A stretch of 64,000 nucleotides of DNA from Candidatus Omnitrophota bacterium (lineage in GTDB: Bacteria; Omnitrophota; Gorgyraeia; Gygaellales; Profunditerraquicolaceae). A model generated the notes under the pieces. That model had not been told where the DNA came from and searched no databases. It was given only the letters and a program-made list of their open reading frames with translations. Below, one piece after another: positions 42,101-51,532 of the stretch; position 1 is the first letter of the stretch; each line of letters begins with the position of its first letter. Location: positions 219,393 to 283,392 of the forward strand of contig JAQURC010000002.1 of assembly GCA_028715785.1 (NCBI GenBank), given 5' to 3'. The position numbers and the translations under genes were made by a program.

Positions 42101-42638
42101 CCTCCATGAACATAAAGATCAGGATACGGTCAAGATGGTCGGATTAATCGCCAAGATCAAACATACGGTTACCCGGGCAAAACAAGAGAAAATGGCGATA
42201 TTAAAACTGGAGGATCTGGAAGGCGCGGTAGAAATCCTGGTGTTTCCGCGCGCTTTTGCCAGGATAAGCAGCTATATCCAGGCAAATACCATAGTGCATA
42301 TCCGCGGCATACTGGACCTTAAAGAGGAAACGCCTAAAATAATCGCAGAAGACCTTTTTCCGTTTGAGGAAATTTACAAGTTAATCACGGCGATGAATAT
42401 TAACCTGTCCGGAATAAAAGAAAATATCTTTGAATCCTTAAAAACCCTGCTTAGCGATTACCGGGGCAATATTCCCGTTTATTTACGCCTGGATAACGCA
42501 CCCGGCGACAAACAGGCGCAGGCGCGATCCGGCGTGCAGTTAGTTGTCGGCCAGGGGCTCTATGTTTCTCCCAGCGAAAAACTCATCCAGGACTTAGATG
42601 AATTATTGGGCCAGGAACGCCTATCGCTTGTGATTTAG
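39183..42638 (+). CDS. dnaE: DNA polymerase III alpha subunit
   Basis: 1151 aa with an N-terminal PHP domain (HLHLHTQYSLLDG), polymerase core, OB fold and C-terminal tail. Confidence 0.97.
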   Translation: MSHSEFVHLHLHTQYSLLDGACRIPEILAIAKSFKMDSLAITDHGSMFGAIEFYLEAQKAGIKPIIGCEVYVAPQSRLNKGGSGIEDAANHLILLARDEEGYRNLMKLVSIGYLEGFYYRPRIDKEVLASHAKGLIASSACLKGEVASLILQKRFNDALKAADTYQNILGKENFYLEIQNNSIAEQQTVNEGMFKISRELGIPLVATNDVHYPTRDKAEAHEALLCIQTQSTLDDPKHMRFQTDEFYFRSPEEMKKLFKDCPQAIQNTVEIARRCNLELDFGKMHLPKYVPPEGKDKEKFLLELCEKGLAAKNLKNNPEAQKRLDHELKIIRDMGFISYFLIVWDFIHHAKSQNIPVGPGRGSAAGSLVSFLLGITDLDPLKYGLLFERFLNPQRLGLPDIDIDFCYERRQEVIDYVTNKYGQENVAQIITFGTMQARAVTRDVGRVMNIAYADVDRIAKMIPAELDMTLKKALESEPELNNLYKNDPQITKLINIALSLEGLNRHASVHAAGVIITDKPLNNYMPVFKTTDDQITTGYSMGTLEKIGLLKVDFLGLRTLTVIDETLKLIKKERLIQIDIEKLSLDDQNTYKLLSSSHTIGIFQVESSGMRDLLKKLIPERFEDLIALLALYRPGPIGSGMLDDFMKRKHGTTPIRYEHAKLEPILKETYGIMVYQEQIMQIASSLAGFSLAQADILRKAMGKKIPEVMEKERKNFINGCIKNGIKESTASKIFDLIEYFSGYGFNKSHSTAYALISYRTAYLKANYPVEFMTALLTSERDNTDKIVEYVNETQRMGLTVQPPDINESGVLFKVENEKTIRFGLIAIKNVGRGAAESIVKARENLKFKSLEDLCQRIDLRLANRKVLESLIKCGALDSFGVSRAAMFAGLDIILEGAQRNQREKSSGQLSFFDPTQEENGFKKTENNLPVVKEWPEPQLLAFEKDMLGFYVSGHPLARYAKQLKRFVSCSTSGLHEHKDQDTVKMVGLIAKIKHTVTRAKQEKMAILKLEDLEGAVEILVFPRAFARISSYIQANTIVHIRGILDLKEETPKIIAEDLFPFEEIYKLITAMNINLSGIKENIFESLKTLLSDYRGNIPVYLRLDNAPGDKQAQARSGVQLVVGQGLYVSPSEKLIQDLDELLGQERLSLVI

Positions 42639-42736
42639 CATTAAGATTTTCGGCGAATATTATTTTCTTGACACTGTAACATTTTGCTGTTATTATACTT
42701 AGCAAATACATCCTGCGTTTATAAGGAGGCACTAAG

Positions 42737-43009
42737 ATGACCAAAAAAGACATTGTCTTAAAAGTATCCGATGAAAGCAACTTAAAACAAATAGACGTCA
42801 AAAAGGTGGTCCAAAAAACCTTCGATTGCATCATTGACGCCTTAGTCAGGGGCGAAAAGATCGAATTGCGTAATTTTGGTGTTTTTAAAATAAAACAAAG
42901 AAAGAGCCGCACAGGCAGAAATCCGCGCACCAATCAGGTTATCCCTGTCCCGCCAAGAAAAGTTGTCATCTTCAAAGCTGGCTTGGAAATGAAACAGAAA
43001 ATTAAATAA
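42737..43009 (+). CDS. hup: HU/IHF family DNA-binding protein
   Basis: 90 aa with the beta-arm motif RNPRTNQVIPVP..KVVIFKAG. Preceded by TTGACA-17-TATTAT at 42668-42696. Confidence 0.9.
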   Translation: MTKKDIVLKVSDESNLKQIDVKKVVQKTFDCIIDALVRGEKIELRNFGVFKIKQRKSRTGRNPRTNQVIPVPPRKVVIFKAGLEMKQKIK

Positions 43010-43022
43010 GAAAAATTAACTC

Positions 43023-44261
43023 ATGTTCAAAAGAGTAGCGGGTACTAGAGATATCCTGCCTGAAGAAACGCCTTCCTGGCAAAGAATCGAGAAAATAGCA
43101 CATAAGACATTCTCGCTTTATAATTACCGGGAAATACGCACCCCCATAATCGAGGATGCCTCGCTTTTTAGCCGCACCCTGGGGACAACTGCCGAAATCG
43201 TGCAGAAACAGATGTTTCTCATCCGCAACCAGGATGACACCTACGCCCTGCGTCCGGAAGGCACCGCCTCAATCGTGCGCGGCTATTTGGAAAATAATTT
43301 AGACAAGGCCGCCGGTTTTACAAAATTATATTATCTCGGCCCGATGTTCCGCCTTGAGCGGCCGCAAAAAGGAAGACTGCGCCAATTCCATCATGTCGGC
43401 TGCGAAGCAATCGGCTCCCAGGACGCCTCAGTTGACGTAGAAATAATCGCCTTAGCCGATCAACTGCTTAAAAATTTTGGCATCACCGGCTATAAAATCA
43501 AGATCAACAGCCTGGGTTGCTCCAAAGATAAAGAGGCTTTAAGTTTAAGCTTAAAAGAATGTTTGCAGAAAAAAGTAAAGGAACTTTGCGCCGACTGCCA
43601 GCAAAGGTTAAAAAATAACGTATTAAGGGTATTGGACTGTAAAAACGAAACTTGCCAGAAGATCGTTAAAACAGCCTGCCCCGACCAACGGCACCTTTGC
43701 CCGGATTGCCTGGAGCATTTTGAAAAAGTAAAAAACGGGTTAAATAACCTGGATATACCGTTTGAGCTCCAGCCGCTGCTTGTGCGCGGGCTGGATTATT
43801 ACAACCGCACGGTATTTGAAATCACGCATCCGGGTTTAGGCAGCCAGGACGCTATCGGAGCAGGCGGCCGTTATAATAATTTAGTCCGCCAGTTAGGCGG
43901 GCCGGATCTGGGAGGAATAGGCTTTGCTTTCGGCGTGGAAAGGCTGCTTTTGGCATCGGAAAACCTGGATGAAAAACCGCAGAAAAAATTGGTATACTTG
44001 ATTACCCTTGGAGGATCCGCCAAATTAGCCGGACTAAAATTACTAAACCAGTTGCGCAAATCCGATATTGCCTGCGATACGGATTACCTGAACAAATCAT
44101 TAAAAGGGGCAATGCGCGCCGCCAATGACGCGGGGGCAAGCCAGGTTTTGATTTTAGGAGACGACGAATTAAAAAAGAACACTATCACCGTTAAAAACAT
44201 GTCCGAAAGCACTCAAAAAGAAATTACGCTGGATAATTTAATCGGGGAATTAAAATGTTAA
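43023..44261 (+). CDS. hisS: Histidyl-tRNA synthetase
   Basis: Class II motifs (MFRLERPQKGRLRQFHHVGCE, GGRYN..), Cys-rich insertion and anticodon-binding domain. Confidence 0.95.
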   Translation: MFKRVAGTRDILPEETPSWQRIEKIAHKTFSLYNYREIRTPIIEDASLFSRTLGTTAEIVQKQMFLIRNQDDTYALRPEGTASIVRGYLENNLDKAAGFTKLYYLGPMFRLERPQKGRLRQFHHVGCEAIGSQDASVDVEIIALADQLLKNFGITGYKIKINSLGCSKDKEALSLSLKECLQKKVKELCADCQQRLKNNVLRVLDCKNETCQKIVKTACPDQRHLCPDCLEHFEKVKNGLNNLDIPFELQPLLVRGLDYYNRTVFEITHPGLGSQDAIGAGGRYNNLVRQLGGPDLGGIGFAFGVERLLLASENLDEKPQKKLVYLITLGGSAKLAGLKLLNQLRKSDIACDTDYLNKSLKGAMRAANDAGASQVLILGDDELKKNTITVKNMSESTQKEITLDNLIGELKC

Positions 44262-45649
44262 GGACCCATACTTGCGCCCAACTCAATGCCGCGGATACGG
44301 GAAAACCGGTTACGCTTTGCGGCTGGGTTGCCAATAGGCGCGACCACGGCAAGCTAATCTTTATTGACATCCGCGACCGCTACGGCCTGACCCAAGTCGT
44401 CTTCATCCCTAAAGAATCAGGGGAAGCCCATAAATTGGCGCAAGAGCTAAGAAGTGAATTCGTAATCAAATTAAGCGGACTGGTAAATAAGCGTCCGGCC
44501 GGCACGGTTAATCCAAAACTGGTAACCGGAGAAATAGAAATTTTAGCCAAAGAGCTGGAAATATTAAACCCCAGCAGCACCCCTCCGTTTGAAATCCAGG
44601 ATGATATCGAGATAACCGAAGAGATCCGCCTTAAATACCGTTACCTTGATTTGAGAAGGAACAAAGTTTTTAAAAACCTGCTGTTACGAAGCGATCTCTA
44701 TAAAGTTATCCGCTCCTACCTGGGAAACAAAGATTTTATCGAATGCGAAACTCCGATACTGACCAAATCCACTCCTGAAGGCGCCCGCGATTACCTGGTC
44801 CCTGCAAGATTAAACCCGGGCCATTTTTTTGCCCTGCCCCAATCCCCGCAATTATTCAAGCAGATCCTGATGGTCGCCGGAATCGAAAAATACTATCAGA
44901 TCGCCAAATGTTTCCGCGATGAAGACCTGCGCGCCGACCGCCAGCCGGAATTTACCCAGCTGGATATCGAAATGTCCTTTATAAACCAGGAGGATATCTT
45001 TTCTTTAACCGAAGGACTGATGAAGATTATTTTCAAGGAATTAAAAAACATAGAGCTGCCCACTCCGTTTACCCGTATAAGTTATAAAGATGCGCTGGAA
45101 AAATATAAGTCCGATAAACCTGACCTGCGCCCTGAAACAAAAACAGAATTCGCTTTCTGTTGGGTGCTGGATTTCCCGCTTTTTAAATTCAATGCGGAAG
45201 AAAAACGCTGGGAAAGCGAACACCATCCTTTTACCGCGCCGAAAGCCGAAGATATCCAAAACCTGGAAAAATCCCCGGATAAAGTAAAATCCTGCTCATA
45301 TGACCTGGTTTTAAACGGCATGGAACTGGGTTCAGGATCAATAAGGATACACCGCCCGGAGCTCCAAGAGAAAATCTTTAAGATTATCGGCATAGATAAA
45401 GAAGAGGCCTCCAAGCGTTTCGGATTCCTTCTGGATGCTTTTACGTTCGGAGCGCCTCCGCATGGAGGGGTGGCTTTTGGATTAGACAGGCTGCTTGCCA
45501 TACTTTCTGCGGAATCAAGCATACGCGAAGTCATTACCTTTCCTAAAACCTCGGCCGCGTTCTGCCCGTTAACTAACGCGCCTTCGGATGTTGAAGATAA
45601 GCAATTAAAAGAACTGGGTATAACCATTATTAACACCCCGCGCTTATAA
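44255..45649 (+). CDS. aspS: Aspartyl-tRNA synthetase, bacterial type but lacking the GAD insertion domain
   Basis: N-terminal OB (LRTHTCAQL..LCGWV..RRDHG), motif 2 FRDEDLRADRQPEFTQLDIEMSF, then YGSDKPDLR is followed directly by the FPLF/HHPFTAP region. About 120 aa that E. coli AspRS carries here are absent. Confidence 0.9.
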   Translation: MLRTHTCAQLNAADTGKPVTLCGWVANRRDHGKLIFIDIRDRYGLTQVVFIPKESGEAHKLAQELRSEFVIKLSGLVNKRPAGTVNPKLVTGEIEILAKELEILNPSSTPPFEIQDDIEITEEIRLKYRYLDLRRNKVFKNLLLRSDLYKVIRSYLGNKDFIECETPILTKSTPEGARDYLVPARLNPGHFFALPQSPQLFKQILMVAGIEKYYQIAKCFRDEDLRADRQPEFTQLDIEMSFINQEDIFSLTEGLMKIIFKELKNIELPTPFTRISYKDALEKYKSDKPDLRPETKTEFAFCWVLDFPLFKFNAEEKRWESEHHPFTAPKAEDIQNLEKSPDKVKSCSYDLVLNGMELGSGSIRIHRPELQEKIFKIIGIDKEEASKRFGFLLDAFTFGAPPHGGVAFGLDRLLAILSAESSIREVITFPKTSAAFCPLTNAPSDVEDKQLKELGITIINTPRL

Positions 45650-45697
45650 GGAATTGCGCGCCTGCCTGCCGGCAGGCAGGGGTAGCCCTTGTGGGCG
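45642..45697 (+). repeat. Intergenic GC-rich palindromic element, copy B (aspS to LysM-lipoprotein spacer)
   Basis: 54/54 nt identical to copy A: AACACCCCGCGCTTATAAGGAATTGCGCGCCTGCCTGCCGGCAGGCAGGGGTAG. Tail hairpin GCCCTTGTGGGC. Confidence 0.7.
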
Positions 45698-45713
45698 AAA
45701 GGAGGGAAGTAAG

Positions 45714-46247
45714 ATGAATAAATTTAAATTAGCAGGGATCTGCGTATTGGCATCGACAATGGCACTATCAGGATGCGTGACCAGGACCTACAACTTAACC
45801 CGTGATAGAGTGGACCAGGATTTATCATCCACCTCAGGAAACCGCGGTTACCTTACCGGCCAGGCCCCTGAACCAAAAGAAAGAACAACTACCCGCACCG
45901 TCAGGGTCTTTGAGATAGAACTGGGAAAAACTAAATCTAATGTAAGCTGTCCGGCAACCACCCCGCTGGGGACCAGCATCGAAGAACCGGCTGGCGGCTT
46001 TCAGGAGGAAATAAATGAAACCCAGGGTTTTGAAAAATATACGGTAGCTAAAAATGACACCTTACAAAAAATTTCTAAAAAATTTTACGGAACAACCAAA
46101 AGATGGATGAAGATTTATAATGCCAATAAAAATGTTTTATCCGCCCCGGACAAACTTTATCCCGGACAAACTTTAAATATCCCTTCTGCCCCGGCATTAA
46201 AAATTAAGCCTGAGAAAATGGCAGAAACAAAAGAAAACCTCAAGTAA
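45714..46247 (+). CDS. LysM-domain lipoprotein
   Basis: Start at MNKFKLAGICVLASTMALSGC (lipobox) after AGGAGGG. C-terminal LysM (YTVAKNDTLQKISKKFYG...YPGQTLNIP). The ORF-track start at 45654 translates the repeat. Confidence 0.6.
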   Translation: MNKFKLAGICVLASTMALSGCVTRTYNLTRDRVDQDLSSTSGNRGYLTGQAPEPKERTTTRTVRVFEIELGKTKSNVSCPATTPLGTSIEEPAGGFQEEINETQGFEKYTVAKNDTLQKISKKFYGTTKRWMKIYNANKNVLSAPDKLYPGQTLNIPSAPALKIKPEKMAETKENLK

Positions 46248-46249
46248 AC

Positions 46250-47206
46250 TTGAGCATGGATAAAATAATCAGACTGCAGTCCCAGGCAGAAGCGCAGAGC
46301 CTGATGGGGACCCAGGATGCCAATATTAAAATCATCGAGAAAGAGTTCAAGGTCAGGCTTATCCTGCGCGGCGAACACCTGAAATTAAGCGGCTCATCCG
46401 GCAACATCAAGAAGGCAAACCAGCTGATTGAATATCTGCTCAGCGGGATCCGTTCGGCAAACCAAGAGATCGGCCAGAGCGATTTAACCTATTTGATTGC
46501 CAATTTGAAAAAAAGCAAAAAATCATCGCCGATAGCGCAATTGGATACCGGAATCACGCGTTCCTGCGCGGGTAAACAGATCGGGCCAAAAACTGCCGGG
46601 CAAAGAGAATATGTCCAGGCAATCAGAGAACACGACATTGTCTTCGGCATCGGCCCTGCCGGAACAGGAAAAACTTACCTGGCGATGGCCTGCGCGGTGG
46701 AAGAGCTGAAAAAACAGCAGGTGCGCCGGATTATCCTGACCCGGCCGGCAATCGAAGCGGGAGAGTCGCTGGGATTTCTTCCCGGCGATATGCAAGCCAA
46801 AATCTCGCCCTACTTACGGCCGCTTTACGACGCCTTATACGATATGATGGAAGGCCAGCGTATTGAAAAATATATCGAAACCGGGATTATCGAAGTCGCC
46901 CCGCTTGCCTATATGCGCGGCAGGACACTAAACGATGCCTTCATTATCCTTGATGAAGCTCAAAATTGCACCGCCGAACAGATGAAGATGTTTTTGACCC
47001 GTTTGGGTTTTGATTCCAAAGCGGTAATTACCGGCGATATCACTCAAAGCGACCTGCCGGGAGCCAACCCTATCGGACTGCTCCAGGCGCAGGATATACT
47101 TAAAGAGATCCGGGGCATAAAATTTATTTACTTTAGCGGGGCCGATGTCGTCCGGCACTCGCTGGTGCAGAGAATAATCGAAGCGTATGAAAAAACTGTT
47201 CGATAA
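46250..47206 (+). CDS. phoH: PhoH-like ATPase (PhoH/YbeZ) with an N-terminal KH-like domain
   Basis: Walker A GPAGTGKTY, Walker B ILDEAQN. Confidence 0.9.
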   Translation: MSMDKIIRLQSQAEAQSLMGTQDANIKIIEKEFKVRLILRGEHLKLSGSSGNIKKANQLIEYLLSGIRSANQEIGQSDLTYLIANLKKSKKSSPIAQLDTGITRSCAGKQIGPKTAGQREYVQAIREHDIVFGIGPAGTGKTYLAMACAVEELKKQQVRRIILTRPAIEAGESLGFLPGDMQAKISPYLRPLYDALYDMMEGQRIEKYIETGIIEVAPLAYMRGRTLNDAFIILDEAQNCTAEQMKMFLTRLGFDSKAVITGDITQSDLPGANPIGLLQAQDILKEIRGIKFIYFSGADVVRHSLVQRIIEAYEKTVR

Positions 47207-48536
47207 AAATAGGCTTTTTATTATGGGAATAAGTATTTTTATATTTTTGCTTAGTTACATCCTCGGCCTGAACCCGGCCATACCGTTCCTTTTAATCATT
47301 CTTTACCTGTGTTTTTATGAAAATTTTTCTAAGATAAAAAACGCGACCCTGGCCAACCTGAGCTTCCTTTACCTGATCTCTTTCTCTATCGGATATACCC
47401 TGCTGGAAAACGGTATAGCAATTTACTTTATTCCGATTGCGATCATCCCGATGCTGGGTGTCCTTTTATTCAATAACCTTGCGGTGGCTTACTTTCTATC
47501 GCTAAGCACCTGCCTGTCCCTGGCAATTTTAAGCCCGGAACCATTTAAGGCAGGGTTTATTTTAACGGCCTCCTGCGTAGGCGCGATACTCTGGGTAAAC
47601 GGAGCCCGTAAACGCACAAAAGTAATCCAGGCAGGGGCGGTTTCCGGGATCCTGCAGCTGGCCGGCTTAATCCTTCTTGAGCATTTCCGGATCAATCAAT
47701 CACAGCGGTATTTAATAATTTTAACCAATGGCCTGCTTTGCGGAGTGGTTACCTTAGGCATTCTTCCGCTATTTGAATATCTCCTGCAGAAAGTAACCAA
47801 TATCAGCCTGCTGGAGCTGGCTGATTTTAATCAACCGCTCTTACAACGCATGATCCTGGAGGCACCCGGAACTTATCACCACAGCCTGGTTGTCGGTAAT
47901 CTTTCCGATACCGCTTCTGCGGCCATCGGCGCCAACGGCCTGCTGGCCAGGATCGGAGCATATTATCATGATATAGGAAAATTGCAGAAACCGGAATATT
48001 TTATCGAAAACCAGGATATCAGAAAGAACGCCCACGATACTCTTTCTCCTACGATGAGCAAACTGATCATTATGAACCATGTCAAGGAAGGGCTGGAACT
48101 TGCCAAAAAATACTCGCTAAACCCCGTGCTGATGGATTTTATCCAGCAGCATCACGGCAGCAGCCTGGTCTATTATTTTTACCGCCGGGCGCTGGAGGGA
48201 AAAGAAGAGGACCAGGAGGTAACCGAAGAGGGGTTCCGGTATCCGGGCCCAAAACCCGCTACCAAAGAAACGGCAATCGTGCTCTTAGCCGACTCCGTAG
48301 AAGCGGCCACCCGCTCCCTGAAAGACCCCGCTCCGGATAAGATCGAAGAGATGGTGCATAAAATAATAAATAATAAATTTATCGACGGTCAGCTTGATGA
48401 ATGCGAGCTTACCCTGAAAGATATCGAAAAGATATCCAGCGTTTTTACCAAGATATTAAGCGGCATATACCATAGCCGGGTAAATTACCCTCAAGAACCC
48501 AAAGATGAAAATAACCATAAAAAACCTGCAGGATAA
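47187..48536 (+). CDS. 7TM-receptor HD/HDIG phosphohydrolase (PgpH/YqfF-like)
   Basis: Seven N-terminal TM helices, HD domain HHSLVV..YHDIGK..MDFIQQHHG. Conserved phoH-pgpH-ybeY gene order. Confidence 0.75.
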   Translation: MKKLFDKNRLFIMGISIFIFLLSYILGLNPAIPFLLIILYLCFYENFSKIKNATLANLSFLYLISFSIGYTLLENGIAIYFIPIAIIPMLGVLLFNNLAVAYFLSLSTCLSLAILSPEPFKAGFILTASCVGAILWVNGARKRTKVIQAGAVSGILQLAGLILLEHFRINQSQRYLIILTNGLLCGVVTLGILPLFEYLLQKVTNISLLELADFNQPLLQRMILEAPGTYHHSLVVGNLSDTASAAIGANGLLARIGAYYHDIGKLQKPEYFIENQDIRKNAHDTLSPTMSKLIIMNHVKEGLELAKKYSLNPVLMDFIQQHHGSSLVYYFYRRALEGKEEDQEVTEEGFRYPGPKPATKETAIVLLADSVEAATRSLKDPAPDKIEEMVHKIINNKFIDGQLDECELTLKDIEKISSVFTKILSGIYHSRVNYPQEPKDENNHKKPAG

Positions 48537-48918
48537 AATACCTGTTCATCCGCAAAAGATAAAAAATTTAATCCATAAGGTCCTTAAGGGAGAAAAAGTA
48601 AAAGAATCGGGCTGGATAAATATTTGTTTTGTGAACAATTCGCTCATTAAGAAATTCAACGCAAAATTCCTGAAAACCAACAGCGCAACCGATGTTTTGG
48701 CCTTTAACTTAGGGAGGAAGAAAAAAATTATTTTAGCCGATATTATGATCTCTACCGATACCGCAATCAAACAAGCCGGTATTTTTAAAACCACCCCTGA
48801 TTACGAATTATTGCTCTACGTAACCCACGGCATATTGCATATATTAGGTTATAACGACCGCACTAAACCTGAGGTCAGGCTGATGCGCGAAAAGGAAAGC
48901 GAATATGTCGATAGATAA
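48505..48918 (+). CDS. ybeY: rRNA maturation endoribonuclease YbeY
   Basis: Metal-binding motif HGILHILGYND (H-x3-H-x5-H context). About 137 aa. Confidence 0.9.
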   Translation: MKITIKNLQDKIPVHPQKIKNLIHKVLKGEKVKESGWINICFVNNSLIKKFNAKFLKTNSATDVLAFNLGRKKKIILADIMISTDTAIKQAGIFKTTPDYELLLYVTHGILHILGYNDRTKPEVRLMREKESEYVDR

Positions 48919-49660
48919 AGCACAGGGTATCGTGTTAAACAAGCGCGATTTACGGGAGACCTCGATAATTGCCGATTTTTATACCAAAGAATTCGGAAAG
49001 ATAAACGGGATACTCAAAGGGATCCGCACCGAACCGGAAAAATTTGCCTCAAACTTAGAGCCTTTTTCGCTAAATGAGATCATCTTCTACAGAAAAACTA
49101 ATTCCAACTTACACCTGGTAAGCCAGGCGGATAAGCTGGACAACTTCACCCGTATCAGGCAAAGCATCGAAAGGACAAGCACCGCCGGCTTTATGGTCGA
49201 ACTGATCAATTCCATAATGCAGCCTGAGGATAAAAATGAGGAGATCTTTAATTTGGCGCTGGCAAGCCTCAAAGAGCTTGAGACCAACTATAATCCGGAA
49301 AAAATCGCCACTATTTTTAAAATAAAGATGCTCAGCCTTTCCGGATTTAAACCGCATTTTGATTCCTGCGTTTGCTGCATGGATAAAATAATGGGCCAAT
49401 CCAAATTCAGCCTTTCTTTAGGCGGGCTGCTCTGCTTGCGCTGCATGCCCAAGGATCCCGCAAGCCGGGCGATTTTCCGGGGAACTATCGCCACGGTTTT
49501 ACATATCGAAAGGAACAGCTTTACCGGCAGCCTTAGCCTGGGAATGAACCCGCAAATAAAAAAGGAACTGGATTTGATCCTAAACTCATTCTTAAACTTT
49601 CATCTTGGCCGTGAACTAAAATCGCAGAAACTGATTAATAAATTAGAGGTCGCGGTATGA
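48905..49660 (+). CDS. recO: DNA repair protein RecO
   Basis: N-terminal OB fold, C4 zinc finger C..C...C..C (CVCC...CLRC). Confidence 0.85.
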   Translation: MSIDKAQGIVLNKRDLRETSIIADFYTKEFGKINGILKGIRTEPEKFASNLEPFSLNEIIFYRKTNSNLHLVSQADKLDNFTRIRQSIERTSTAGFMVELINSIMQPEDKNEEIFNLALASLKELETNYNPEKIATIFKIKMLSLSGFKPHFDSCVCCMDKIMGQSKFSLSLGGLLCLRCMPKDPASRAIFRGTIATVLHIERNSFTGSLSLGMNPQIKKELDLILNSFLNFHLGRELKSQKLINKLEVAV

Positions 49661-49679
49661 TAAAGAAAGATAGGACTAC

Positions 49680-50606
49680 ATGAAAATTGTCGTTGTCGGT
49701 TCAGGAGCAATGGGCTCGCTCTTTGCCGCCTTTTTAACCAAGTCAAAAGAAGAGATCTGGCTCCTGGATAAAAATAAGGAGAATGCCGCCAAAATTAACG
49801 CCTCCGGGATCTCTGTAGAAGGCGTGTCGGGATCCTGGCAGGCAAAAGTAAAAACCACAGCCGGCATAGAAGATATCGGCAAGGCCGATTTGGCGCTTAT
49901 CTGCGTAAAGGCATTCAATACCAAATCCGCGGTTGAACAGATCAAACCTATCCTTGGCCAAAATACCAAAATCTTGACCCTGCAAAACGGAATTGGAAAC
50001 GTAGAAATTATTTCCGAAATAGCCGGAGAGGATAAGGTAATTGCCGGAGTGACCAGCCAAGGCGTAACTTTAATTGAAACCGGAAAGATCCGCCACGCCG
50101 GCAACGGAGAGACGATCATCGGCTCAATCGACGGCAAAACCCCGGTTGAACTGCGGCAAATCCGCGAAATATTTAATAAGGTGGGCCTGGAGACTAAAAT
50201 GTCCCGCGATATAAAAAGCCTGATCTGGTCGAAATTAATCATTAACGTAGGCATTAATGCCCTGGCGGCGGTTACCCGGCTGCCTAACGGCAGGCTCACC
50301 GAATACGAAGGGACCAAAAGGATCTTAAGGGATGCGGTCACGGAAGCCGCGCGCATCGTCAAAAGAAAACGCGTAAAATTAGTCTTTGACGACCCGCTGG
50401 CAAAAGTTGAAGCTGTCTGCGAGGGCACATCCGATAATCTTTCATCAATGCTCCAGGATGTATTAAGAAAAAAACGCACCGAGATCGACTTTATTAACGG
50501 AGTAATCGTGCGATTAGGGCAAGAGATGGGCATCAGCGTGCCAACCAACAAACTCCTGCTTGATCTGGTAAAAACTATCGAATCAAGCTACGGACATTCA
50601 GTATAG
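49680..50606 (+). CDS. panE: 2-dehydropantoate 2-reductase
   Basis: Rossmann motif MKIVVVGSGAMGS and ApbA/PanE family length. Confidence 0.8.
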   Translation: MKIVVVGSGAMGSLFAAFLTKSKEEIWLLDKNKENAAKINASGISVEGVSGSWQAKVKTTAGIEDIGKADLALICVKAFNTKSAVEQIKPILGQNTKILTLQNGIGNVEIISEIAGEDKVIAGVTSQGVTLIETGKIRHAGNGETIIGSIDGKTPVELRQIREIFNKVGLETKMSRDIKSLIWSKLIINVGINALAAVTRLPNGRLTEYEGTKRILRDAVTEAARIVKRKRVKLVFDDPLAKVEAVCEGTSDNLSSMLQDVLRKKRTEIDFINGVIVRLGQEMGISVPTNKLLLDLVKTIESSYGHSV

Positions 50607-50707
50607 ATTTAAAATGGCTTTTAGCCCAAAGACCCGCAGGTATTTAGTAACTTTTTTGATAACCGGCTGGATAATCAGTTTAATTTATTTCATTTGTAAG
50701 AACAAAT

Positions 50708-51532
50708 ATGGACATTAAAGATATCCTGGAATTAAAAAACAAACGTAAAATTACCATGCTGACCGCCTATGACTATCCTACGGCCAGTTTGGTTGACCGG
50801 GCGGGAATAGATATAATCCTGGTCGGAGACTCCCTGGCCAATGTCGTGCTGGGCCTGGAATCAACCACCCAGGTAGGCATGGCTGAAATGCTGCATCATG
50901 CCAAAGCCGCCAGGCGCGCGGTTAAAGACGCCCTGCTTATCGCGGACATGCCTTTTGACTCTTATCAAACCAACCCGCAAGATGCGGTAAAAAACGCAAA
51001 ACGATTTATTGAAGAAGCCGGGGTTCAGGCGGTTAAATTAGAATGGTTTGGGGGCTGCCCGGAGGTAACCAAACAAATCATCGATGCGGGTATCCCGGTT
51101 ATGGGCCATATCGGCCTGACTCCCCAGACCGCGGATAAAATCGGAGGGTTCAAAGTGCAGGGTAAAGACGCCCAGGACGCGCAAAAGCTTATTGATCAGG
51201 CCCTGGTTTTAGAAAAATTGGGGTGTTTTGCGGTTGTCCTGGAATGCGTGCCTGATAAAATATCCCAATTGATTGCTAAAAAAATTAAAATACCGGCTAT
51301 CGGAATTGGAGCAGGCATCCATTGCGACGGACAGGTCCTGGTTATTAATGACATGCTGGGCCTCTTTGAGCGCTATACCCCGAAATTTGTCAAAAAATAC
51401 GCCCATCTTTCTGAAACCATCCTAAAAGCTGTTGAAGATTTCAAGAATGAAGTTATTCAGGAAAAGTTCCCGGATTTAAAGCATTCTTTCATGATCAAAG
51501 AAGAGGAGTTCAAAAAGTTAAATGGCAGCTAA
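50708..51532 (+). CDS. panB: 3-methyl-2-oxobutanoate hydroxymethyltransferase
   Basis: LTAYDYP, GDSL, KLEGG-like KLEWFGG motifs. Confidence 0.9.
   Translation: MDIKDILELKNKRKITMLTAYDYPTASLVDRAGIDIILVGDSLANVVLGLESTTQVGMAEMLHHAKAARRAVKDALLIADMPFDSYQTNPQDAVKNAKRFIEEAGVQAVKLEWFGGCPEVTKQIIDAGIPVMGHIGLTPQTADKIGGFKVQGKDAQDAQKLIDQALVLEKLGCFAVVLECVPDKISQLIAKKIKIPAIGIGAGIHCDGQVLVINDMLGLFERYTPKFVKKYAHLSETILKAVEDFKNEVIQEKFPDLKHSFMIKEEEFKKLNGS

Noticed and set aside
45654-45713. Upstream extensions of ORFs 45654.. (MRACLPAGRGSPCGRKEGSK) and 21594.. (MCSYTRRNEEM).
   Set aside because: These codons are the GC-rich palindromic repeat elements themselves. Proper RBS-spaced starts lie downstream at 45714 and 21624.
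50614-50718. 34-aa hydrophobic mini-ORF (MAFSPKTRRYLVTFLITGWIISLIYFICKNKYGH) in the panE-panB spacer overlapping the panB start.
   Set aside because: There is no Shine-Dalgarno and it overlaps the panB initiation region. It cannot be distinguished from chance without conservation data, so it is not reported as a feature.
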